Assembly (NCBI GenBank): GCA_024279675.1
Contig: JAJRRG010000011.1
Span: forward strand, 1 to 50,783
DNA length: 50,783 nucleotides
Reading direction: 5' to 3'
From: Alphaproteobacteria bacterium
GTDB taxonomy: Bacteria > Pseudomonadota > Alphaproteobacteria > Rhizobiales > Devosiaceae
Shown here: positions 43,641 to 50,783 of the stretch, piece by piece
Position numbering within the stretch: position 1 is the first letter of the stretch
Layout of the letters: every line of letters begins with the position of its first letter
Notes under the pieces: generated by a model
Databases searched by the model: none
What the model saw: the letters and a program-made list of their open reading frames with translations, nothing else
What the model was told of the DNA's origin: nothing
Translations under genes and position numbers: made by a program

Positions 43641-44210
43641 TCAGGTTCGAGCTCCTAAAATCATCTCAAGCAGTGCGCGCATATCCCTTTTCATATCCGC
43701 CAATTCCTGATGGGCCAAATGCGCCATACCAATAAGCCCGGCGTATAAAATACGTGCGTTGGTTTTCGCTTCAGGTTCACCAAATCCTACGCGCTGCATA
43801 AGCGATGCAACAAAAGCGAGCCGGACCTCATCCGCCGACTTCAATTCTATCGCCGCAGGCGAAAAATAACGTGCCCAATCCCGGATCGCAGCCTCCGCCA
43901 ACACGCCCCCTAATTCCACCCTGTCAAAGCTGGCAGACAATTCAATCAAAGCAAAAAGTTGCGCCTCAGCCTCGCTCTGATTCAATTCGACCGCATCAAT
44001 TACATCGCCAGTTCCCGCCTTGGACCAGTGGGTCAGCATAGCTAACTTTAATGCCGCCACATCCTTAAAATGCCAATAAAACGAGCCCTTGGAAACTTTA
44101 AGTTCCCGCGCGATGGCCTCCACACGAATACCTTGCGGCCCCTCCACTGTTAACGCACGAAACCCGGCCAATATCCAATCTGTTGCCCCCAGTGTATTAC
44201 GTTTACCCAT
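43641..44210 (-). CDS. TetR-family transcriptional regulator
   Basis: The N-terminal HTH (IRVEAIARELKVSKGSFYWHFKDVAALKLAMLTHW) is typical of TetR/AcrR. Confidence 0.85.
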   Translation of the reverse strand: MGKRNTLGATDWILAGFRALTVEGPQGIRVEAIARELKVSKGSFYWHFKDVAALKLAMLTHWSKAGTGDVIDAVELNQSEAEAQLFALIELSASFDRVELGGVLAEAAIRDWARYFSPAAIELKSADEVRLAFVASLMQRVGFGEPEAKTNARILYAGLIGMAHLAHQELADMKRDMRALLEMILGART

Positions 44211-44326
44211 TTAGAACCTGCTCAACTCCATCAACATTTACAAACAATACTCCCAACAGATACACCGGCTTGCCTTTAGCGTTCAAAAAAGAGCATCCCA
44301 AATTTCACTCCCAAAGCTACAACACC

Positions 44327-44340
44327 ATACGCTAGCGTAT
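44327..44340. promoter_or_regulatory. Perfect 14-bp palindrome, candidate TetR operator O1
   Basis: ATACGCTAGCGTAT lies in the TetR/membrane-gene divergent intergenic region. Confidence 0.5.
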
Positions 44341-44365
44341 TGACTCTGACAACAAGTGAGTTTAC

Positions 44366-44379
44366 ATACGCTACCGTAT
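44366..44379. promoter_or_regulatory. Near-identical second copy, candidate TetR operator O2
   Basis: ATACGCTACCGTAT differs from O1 at 1 nt. It overlaps the first two bases of the ATG at 44378. Confidence 0.5.
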
Positions 44380-44785
44380 GGAAAACAAACTATTGGAGTC
44401 TCCCATGAACATCCCAATCCTTGCCGCCACAGCCCTTTCTGCGCTCACCCTCGCAGCCCACTTTTTTGGCGGCGGCCCACAATATCACACCCCGGCAATG
44501 CTGAGCACGTTGAGCCTTGAGGACAAAGCAGTCTATTCTGTGCTTTGGCATGCTGTAACCACCACCTTGATCATCAACACATTGGCCCTTGCCTACGCGG
44601 CCATAAAACAACAACATCGCACGCCGCTCGTGGGTTTAATCTCACTACAATATTTGGCGTGGGGGATACTCTTTGTGGTCTTTGGCCTGTCCCGTTTAGG
44701 TGAATTGACAACACTTCCCCAATGGATTGCGTTCTTCCTTATTCCAGCCCTTGCCCTGTTTGGCATACGTAAAAGGAACACTTAA
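44378..44785 (+). CDS. Hypothetical four-TM membrane protein
   Basis: 135 aa and hydrophobic throughout. The alternative start at 44405 cannot be excluded. Confidence 0.55.
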   Translation: MENKLLESPMNIPILAATALSALTLAAHFFGGGPQYHTPAMLSTLSLEDKAVYSVLWHAVTTTLIINTLALAYAAIKQQHRTPLVGLISLQYLAWGILFVVFGLSRLGELTTLPQWIAFFLIPALALFGIRKRNT

Positions 44786-44786
44786 A

Positions 44787-45221
44787 GTGGCTATCATACC
44801 TATTACAATATTTATAATCCTTGTGACCACCGCTCTGCTGCATACCGCATGGGGGTTTGGTATGCTTTGGCCAGGCACAAGTCAGCAATCCTTGGTTAAC
44901 ACGGTTGTCGGCGATCCTAACATCCACAGTATTCCTCCGCTCCCAATCACCTTAGCTGTTGCAATATCAATCGCCGCCGCAGGAATTTGCGCCCTTTGGG
45001 GCGCCCATCTCGTGGACATTGCCCTGCCCCTTTGGATGCGAAAAACCAGCATAATAGTCCTAACGCTCATTTTCACCATCAGAGGCGCGTTAACATATAT
45101 TCCCAAGGGTCCCTTAAGCGCGACGGTTGAACCATTTTACTCCCTGAACCAACGCTATTTCTCGCCCCTGATTTTGGCGATTGGCGTAGGGTACGCATTT
45201 ATTTTGTACTCCTATGATTAA
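44787..45221 (+). CDS. DUF3995-like membrane protein
   Basis: The GTG at 44787 is 1 nt after the upstream stop. LLHTAWGFGMLWPG resembles the DUF3995 signature. The longer listed ORF (from 44727) overlaps the previous gene. Confidence 0.5.
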   Translation: MAIIPITIFIILVTTALLHTAWGFGMLWPGTSQQSLVNTVVGDPNIHSIPPLPITLAVAISIAAAGICALWGAHLVDIALPLWMRKTSIIVLTLIFTIRGALTYIPKGPLSATVEPFYSLNQRYFSPLILAIGVGYAFILYSYD

Positions 45222-45332
45222 TTAGGGCCGGGACTTGCCTTGTGAGGTTTGTTGGGAAAGGACGCAAATTAACAAGCCCCATTGAGGTCACACTATAATT
45301 GCACTTATACTGACATTGTATTTTATCGCTAA

Positions 45333-46064
45333 ATGTTCAGGAGCCTAAAAGTGTCATATTTTCGCAAGCCCATACTAACAACAGCCTTTGCCACCCTATG
45401 TTTGTTTACAGTAGGAACAGGAGCGATCATGGCTCAGGATAGTCAACCAAGCTTCAAGTTCAATCTGTTTGAAGTTGACGAATTCGTTGTAAGCGACATT
45501 TATAATTTTGGGAAAGCGCGCGCACAGGATTTGGGCAGGCCCATAAATGCACCCTTTACTTTTAAAGTACCAAGACAAGACAATGTCACACCATTATTTG
45601 AAACCGGTTCAGAAGCGGGTGGTATGATCGTGAAGATCAATTTTGCAACCGGCGGTAAAGATATCCCAATCGCAGAACGCCAACTTATCGAAAATTTACA
45701 ATTTATCCCCATGACCCTTCCCATGGATGATGATCTGGATACCCGCATGCAAAACCTAACCAATTTACTCATCAATGACGCATTTCCCCAAGTGACTAGA
45801 AACCGGGATCAGGTGGAATATATCGGCGCACGCCGCACCAAAATTGGCGACATGGACGCCATTGACGCGGTGGGCAAATATGTCGATGCGGACTTGGGGA
45901 CTTTGTATGTGCGCATCACCGGATTTGTGAACCCCGATGGGGTGGACGCGGTCTATTCCGTGGTTAATCTGGTTGCCTCGCGATATAAGATAACCAATCT
46001 TGACCAACTCTTCCTTACCGGTAGTGGAAAAACCATTGAGAGCTTTGAGTATATCCAAGAATAA
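45333..46064 (+). CDS. Hypothetical secreted protein, paralogue of 42929-43627
   Basis: It has a signal-peptide-like N-terminus and aligns with 42929-43627 over the C-terminal ~130 aa. Confidence 0.6.
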   Translation: MFRSLKVSYFRKPILTTAFATLCLFTVGTGAIMAQDSQPSFKFNLFEVDEFVVSDIYNFGKARAQDLGRPINAPFTFKVPRQDNVTPLFETGSEAGGMIVKINFATGGKDIPIAERQLIENLQFIPMTLPMDDDLDTRMQNLTNLLINDAFPQVTRNRDQVEYIGARRTKIGDMDAIDAVGKYVDADLGTLYVRITGFVNPDGVDAVYSVVNLVASRYKITNLDQLFLTGSGKTIESFEYIQE

Positions 46065-46099
46065 CAAAAATCCGTTTGCATTTCACGCTTCGCCAACTG

Positions 46100-46125
46100 C
46101 AAACGCGCCCCACAAGGCGCGTTTG
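46100..46125. terminator. GC-rich 10-bp stem-loop downstream of 45333-46064 (terminator-like, no clear T-tract)
   Basis: CAAACGCGCC (46100-46109), loop CCACAA, GGCGCGTTTG (46116-46125). Confidence 0.4.
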
Positions 46126-46278
46126 ACGCATGTAAACCGCATATGACGCATATGCCATTGCCCACCGAACATTCCCCGATAACCTAGCCGAACTAATCAC
46201 TCAGCGTAAGCGTGCCACCGATAAGTGGACCCCGGTTATCGGGCAAACGACACGCGGCACATAAAAGGTTATCCAACT

Positions 46279-47187
46279 ATGAATGTTGCAAGTTTTACCA
46301 ATGTCTCCAAAAATTTCGGAAAAATATCCGCCCTTAAAAATCTCAACCTTGAGGTAAAAAAGGGGCAGGCAGTTGCCCTGCTCGGCCCCAATGGTGCAGG
46401 AAAATCCACCGCCCTTTCCATGTTGCAAGGGTTGCGTCAACCAACCTCTGGCAAAGTTGAACTGTTTGGTGGAACACCCGGAACGCCGTCGGTTATGAAA
46501 CGTATCGGGGTCACACCTCAATCCACCGATTTCCCCCCTCAGTTAACGCCCCGCGAATTATTGCAATTCACCACGGCCCATTATGATACGCCTCGGACCA
46601 TCGACCAGCTCATTGAAACATTTGATTTAAGAGAATTGATCGATCGTCGCGTGGAGGGGTTTTCCGGGGGCGAACGCCGCCGCGTTGCCTTGGCCCTGTG
46701 CTTTGCTGGCAACCCCGAACTTGTCATTTTGGACGAGCCAACAACGGGCCTCGACGCCAAGGGGCAAAAAGATTTTTCCATTATCGCTAACCAGTTTGTC
46801 GCCGATGGTGGCTCCCTCATTCTTACCTCCCATTACTGGTTGGAGATTGAAAACATCGCCAATCACATCGTGATGATAGACAATGGCATAACGGTCATGG
46901 ATGGCACAATATCCGACATAAAATCAGCCTTTGGCCTCAACCATATCAGTTTAACGACAGACAAACCCGGCGCTTACATCCGCGAGAATTTCACGATGGA
47001 AAACGGGGAATGGAATATGGTGACCAACAGTTCCGACGACATAATTCGCGAACTTGTTAACGCCAACGAACCCTTTTCAAACCTCAAGGTCACCCCCCGT
47101 GATCTGGAAGAAGCCATCGCCATTTATCGCCAAAGTGAAATCTCAAACTCCATTTCTGCAAATACCACCTCTAAAGGAGCAAAATAA
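46279..47187 (+). CDS. ABC transporter ATP-binding protein (ABC-2 exporter type)
   Basis: Walker A GPNGAGKST, signature FSGGERRRV, Walker B LVILDEPTTGLD. I prefer the ATG at 46279 (MNVASFTNVSKNFG). Confidence 0.9.
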   Translation: MNVASFTNVSKNFGKISALKNLNLEVKKGQAVALLGPNGAGKSTALSMLQGLRQPTSGKVELFGGTPGTPSVMKRIGVTPQSTDFPPQLTPRELLQFTTAHYDTPRTIDQLIETFDLRELIDRRVEGFSGGERRRVALALCFAGNPELVILDEPTTGLDAKGQKDFSIIANQFVADGGSLILTSHYWLEIENIANHIVMIDNGITVMDGTISDIKSAFGLNHISLTTDKPGAYIRENFTMENGEWNMVTNSSDDIIRELVNANEPFSNLKVTPRDLEEAIAIYRQSEISNSISANTTSKGAK

Positions 47188-47921
47188 TGACCATATTTTT
47201 TGCACACGTAAAACTACAATTTCAACGCCTGCTTAGGAACCCCGGATTCTGGGCCCCCACCCTCCTGTTCCCGGCGATGTTCTATTCGTTCTTTGGCGCG
47301 TCCATGTCCCCGGCGGGTCTTTACTCCCAAATGGCCATTGCCTCATTTTCAGTCTATGGCGTCGTCGGTATCGCCTTTTACCAATTTGGTGTCGGCATTG
47401 CCCAAGACCGCGAAGATCCGTTTGATGCATGGATGCGCACCCTGCCCGCCAGCGTCATGTCCAACGCCTTGGCACAAATGCTGGTGGCTGTCCTTTTCGC
47501 CATTACCGCTGTACTTCTGGTGTTTGTCGCCTCCTATTTTTTCGGCAAAACGCCCCTAACCACAGAACAATCCCTCCGTCTGCTTCTCGTATGCGCGCTT
47601 ATTTCTATCCCCGCATCTCTATTTGGAATTGCCCTTGGGTACGCTGCCAGCGCCAAAGCTGCTCCGGCACTGGCTAACCTGATTTACCTGCCGCTTGCAT
47701 TTTTAGGGGGCCTATGGATGCACCCCAGCATCTTGCCAAAAATCATCGGTGAAATATCAGTTTGGACGCCCACCCGCCACATGGCGGAGTTCGCCTGGAG
47801 CAGTGTGGCCAACGTCATGCCCGACATGAATTTCATTCTGGGCCTTGGCGCGTATACGCTGGTGTTTATCGCTCTGGTTATGTGGCTGGTTGATCGGGAT
47901 CGCAAAAAACGCTTTGGGTAA
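47187..47921 (+). CDS. ABC-2-type transporter permease
   Basis: 244 aa with six hydrophobic segments. Its start overlaps the ATPase stop. Confidence 0.75.
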   Translation: MTIFFAHVKLQFQRLLRNPGFWAPTLLFPAMFYSFFGASMSPAGLYSQMAIASFSVYGVVGIAFYQFGVGIAQDREDPFDAWMRTLPASVMSNALAQMLVAVLFAITAVLLVFVASYFFGKTPLTTEQSLRLLLVCALISIPASLFGIALGYAASAKAAPALANLIYLPLAFLGGLWMHPSILPKIIGEISVWTPTRHMAEFAWSSVANVMPDMNFILGLGAYTLVFIALVMWLVDRDRKKRFG

Positions 47922-47988
47922 AAATATCATCAGACTTGGGCTTCGAACGCACCCGATATTCTATACCTGCGTCATGACTCGCAAATCT

Positions 47989-48026
47989 CCCCCCCACCCT
48001 CAGTCCCTCCCCACCAAGGGGAGGGA
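47989..48026 (+). repeat. REP-like intergenic element, copy 1 (C7ACCC box plus 9-bp-stem hairpin)
   Basis: CCCCCCCACCC (47989-47999), then TCCCTCCCC-ACCAA-GGGGAGGGA (48004-48026). Confidence 0.6.
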
Positions 48027-48194
48027 AGCAAAGGAAGTGGCCCACAAGTTGGATGCTGGGGGCAAGCTCAAGCAAGACGAAAGTTAACACAATACCCACT
48101 AACTGCGCACTTCCCTAATAATCAAATTATCAAACTACGAATGGAGTTGAGCCAACCCCTTTTTCTCCCCCAAAATGGAACTGCCCTTTCTTCT

Positions 48195-48242
48195 CCCTCC
48201 CCCTACGTGGGGAGGGCAAAAGACAAAGCTTGGGTGGGGGGG
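48195..48242 (-). repeat. REP-like intergenic element, copy 2, inverted relative to copy 1
   Basis: CCCTCCCC-CTACGT-GGGGAGGG (48195-48216), then GGGTGGGGGGG (48232-48242), which is the reverse complement of the copy-1 box. Confidence 0.6.
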
Positions 48243-48539
48243 ACACTTCCATTATTCGATAACAAAAATACACCACCCTACCAAACCATCCAACCCCGCC
48301 AACCTCGCCAACCTCGCGTTGGACGCGCAGGTTACAAAATTCAATCACCATGGCCCAGCTTCCAATCCACAGCACAAGGCAAAAACTCTTCAATTCCCGG
48401 TTCATGACACGAGTGTTTGGGCAATCCAGTGCGTAACGTCGGCGACGCGTTGAGGCCTTTTCATCGCAGACGCGATGCACTGGATCACCCGAATAAATCG
48501 GGTGATGACGATGGGGGAAACGGCGTAACTATATAGTGT

Positions 48540-50276
48540 CTATTGTTTCATCCAACCAACTATCTTCGGATATTTCTTTGCAAACTTATCGAGCCGCGAA
48601 CGAATAACACCCTCAGCAACCGCACCCCTGTTTATTGCTTTTGCAAGCTTGTTAGCTTCCACTGCCCCAGCTTCGTACGAAGCCATCAAATAGTTATCCT
48701 TGAGACCTTTTGAGTAAGCTTCGTTACCTTCTTTGAGAAGCGCATCAGCACCTTCTTCAATTCCTACAGCTCGCAACAATTCTTTAGCCACATTATTCAC
48801 ACTTTCGGCCTTATCCGAAGCAACCACTATGCTGGTTTTCGATGAAAGCGGCACTGGAAGTGCCGATTCGTTTGGATCTTGTGCAATACCAGTGCCGATT
48901 GATTCCAGTGCATTTGGTATTGAAGACTCAATAACTTTAGAAATTGGCTCCGATCGCATTACTTCAATAAATTGGTTTATGTCTTTTCCAAAACTGTCCA
49001 AGTCGACACCTTCAAAGCTTCCCTCCAAAACATCGCGATCAAACTCACGCCGAAGTGCGTATCTGCTTAAGTATTCATCAAGATCATCACACAACAACCG
49101 AAACCGAGCAGCAAGAAAATCTGGCCACTCATCCTCAATTTTTGGAATTTGATCGAGCAAAAGAGACGATCTCATAGTGAGTTGAAACAATAGCGAGGAA
49201 TTTAAGCTTCCGTCTGGCAGTAGGTTTGCAGTTTCAATAAAATAATCCAACGCGCGAGCATCAAAATTGTCCGCCTCACTTACAGCTTCGACTAAAGTTA
49301 AAAGTTCCCTCCTGATTGCTTCTGCATATGATGAAAGTACGTGCTCTGATAGCTTAGTTTCAACCAGGGCAGTAGATTGCACTAATTTTGAGCTTTTCCA
49401 AATCGGCTGAACCGTAGCTGGCTTGAGAGGGGGGACAATATTATCAACTTCACCAGCTATCAGCTCTCCATCCATACCAAGCCCGTCTTTTGTCCCCGCC
49501 TCCGCCAGCGCCGCCTCAGTCCAAGCAGCAATATCCCCGTTCACCTTAGCCGGGCCGCGTTCCCACCAATCATTTTCCTGTAACGCAATTTTTAGATCAA
49601 GTTCTTCAACCAAATCATCGGGCAATCCGGCTCGGTTGCGCCCGGCCAACACGTCCTCATACCAATCTGTCCAGACCTGCCAATCCTCATCCAGCGCCAA
49701 TAAATTTCGCTTCAAGCCACGCCACATCTTCCCCAAATCGTCAGGCTGGCCACCGCCCCACAATGGTTGACGCGCCAAATATTCTGGCGACATCCCTTGA
49801 TCCAATGAGTTTGCATCGGCAACATAAGCGTCGATAAAGGCAGCGGAATTGGCGACATTAATAACAGTGACGAAACGAGAGGCGACTTCGGCGGCAAATC
49901 CTGTAGCATTGGCGACTTCAGCGACATAGGTGGAATCTGCAGAATTAACGACCGCATAGATGGCGGCAAAGGCGACTTCGGAGACGACATCGACGGCATC
50001 GACGATATCGACGGCACGGGAGGCATAGACGGCGGTACGGGCTATGCTTTTAGCAGAGGCTGGATATTTGCCCGCAACCTCTGATGTAAACATAGCGCGA
50101 AGTGTTGGTTGGAATATGTCTGTTAAATAATCTGCTTCGATGTTGCCCGCTTCAAACAGATCATTCAATAGCGGCAACACCCGAAGCGCTACCCGCGACG
50201 CAATGACCACGGAAAATTCTATCGGCTTCCCTTTCAGCCATTCCCTCAGATCATCACTGTTTTTGATATCAACCAA
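48540..50276 (-). CDS. Hypothetical 578-aa protein (TTG start), no recognised domain
   Basis: A long ORF with a GGTGAG SD upstream of the TTG. The N-terminal third is Ala/Val-rich with loosely repeated AEVA/ANSA segments. Confidence 0.55.
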   Translation of the reverse strand: MVDIKNSDDLREWLKGKPIEFSVVIASRVALRVLPLLNDLFEAGNIEADYLTDIFQPTLRAMFTSEVAGKYPASAKSIARTAVYASRAVDIVDAVDVVSEVAFAAIYAVVNSADSTYVAEVANATGFAAEVASRFVTVINVANSAAFIDAYVADANSLDQGMSPEYLARQPLWGGGQPDDLGKMWRGLKRNLLALDEDWQVWTDWYEDVLAGRNRAGLPDDLVEELDLKIALQENDWWERGPAKVNGDIAAWTEAALAEAGTKDGLGMDGELIAGEVDNIVPPLKPATVQPIWKSSKLVQSTALVETKLSEHVLSSYAEAIRRELLTLVEAVSEADNFDARALDYFIETANLLPDGSLNSSLLFQLTMRSSLLLDQIPKIEDEWPDFLAARFRLLCDDLDEYLSRYALRREFDRDVLEGSFEGVDLDSFGKDINQFIEVMRSEPISKVIESSIPNALESIGTGIAQDPNESALPVPLSSKTSIVVASDKAESVNNVAKELLRAVGIEEGADALLKEGNEAYSKGLKDNYLMASYEAGAVEANKLAKAINRGAVAEGVIRSRLDKFAKKYPKIVGWMKQ

Positions 50277-50473
50277 GTCAGCTCACCATATGCATCCTGC
50301 AAATAAATCAAACCTAATCGTAATCAGAAGAAAAGCAACCGCGCCCACTTACACTCCGTCACCCTTGCGCCAGCCCGTCGGCGCGAGACAAAAAACAACC
50401 CGAGGGTCCACCACCGCAAACAAAATGGATACTCGGGTCAAGCCCGAGCATGACGAAGGAAAGAGGTGTTCCC

Positions 50474-50782
50474 CTACCATCCACCACCGTTAAAAATTCC
50501 CTCCCCCTGCTCATCAATAATCTGCTTGCCCTTGGCAATCGCTACACTGGCGACCTGTTCTTCGGAACTGATTTTGTCGGCGCGGATAAATTGCTTCACC
50601 CGTGCTTCCCCATCAATTTCTTTTTCAATTTCACCACAGAGTTGATATTCACTGCCCGATTTCATTTCCATGGCCCGGATGGTAAAGCCATTATAGGTTT
50701 CTTCCCCCAGCACTTTTGGCGCGCTGGGTTTGCCCCCATCATTGTCGCCACCGCCACCAAACAATTTCTTAAAAAATGACAT
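50474..50782 (-). CDS. HlyU-like small protein (alphaproteobacterial family annotated as transcriptional activator HlyU)
   Basis: MSFFKKLFGGGG...YNGFTIRA...EKEIDGEARVKQFIRADKI...GKQIIDEQG resembles the family as I remember it. The start codon is 1 nt from the window end. Confidence 0.5.
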   Translation of the reverse strand: MSFFKKLFGGGGDNDGGKPSAPKVLGEETYNGFTIRAMEMKSGSEYQLCGEIEKEIDGEARVKQFIRADKISSEEQVASVAIAKGKQIIDEQGEGIFNGGGW

Positions 50783-50783
50783 C

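Noticed and set aside
48130-48480. Three overlapping ORFs (48130-48480 minus strand; 48141-48407 and 48175-48453 plus strand) in the intergenic repeat region
   Set aside because: They are Pro/Gly/Trp-rich translations of REP-like C/G runs on both strands. They have no SD and are mutually overlapping.

Overview
The gene content suggests an alphaproteobacterium-like chromosome, but I have not verified the taxon. The window has three parts.

(1) 1-7.2 kb is ordinary chromosome. It holds the 3' end of an RND efflux permease gene, a PP2C-like gene, a three-gene ABC importer operon on the minus strand, and a divergent ROK-family regulator.

(2) About 7.38-36.71 kb looks like a ~29.3-kb integrated mobilizable element inserted at the 3' end of a tRNA(CAT) gene.
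- It is bounded by a 9-bp direct repeat, AAATGGTGG.
- Transfer and integration genes: MobC plus relaxase, a VirD4/TraG-type coupling protein split into two ORFs, and a terminal large serine recombinase whose reading frame runs antisense into the tRNA. No mating-pair-formation genes are present.
- Defence pair: a frameshift-split MmeI-like type IIG R-M enzyme plus an RloC-like zinc-hook ABC ATPase.
- Cargo: a 1777-aa serralysin-like RTX protein, a small resolvase, ParDE, a ParB-like protein and ArdA.
- Also present: an ASKHA/ROK-like two-gene cassette of unknown role, several uncharacterised small ORFs, and two long hairpin-dense non-coding stretches.

(3) 36.9-50.8 kb is chromosome again. It holds SIMPL, TauE/SafE, an ankyrin lipoprotein, YjbQ, an ArsR gene with an in-frame TAG, DUF4336 plus a duplicated 5' fragment of it, PadR with a GyrI-like gene, TetR with two membrane proteins, two paralogous secreted proteins, an ABC-2 exporter, a REP-like repeat region, a 578-aa orphan protein and a HlyU-like small protein.

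The most interesting observation is at the island junctions. If recombination occurs within the 9-bp repeat, the excised circle would replace the tRNA-derived C-terminus of the recombinase with a 47-codon extension. That extension ends in an ATGA overlap with the mobC start codon.

All calls come from reading the sequence and ORF translations by eye. No database searches were run.
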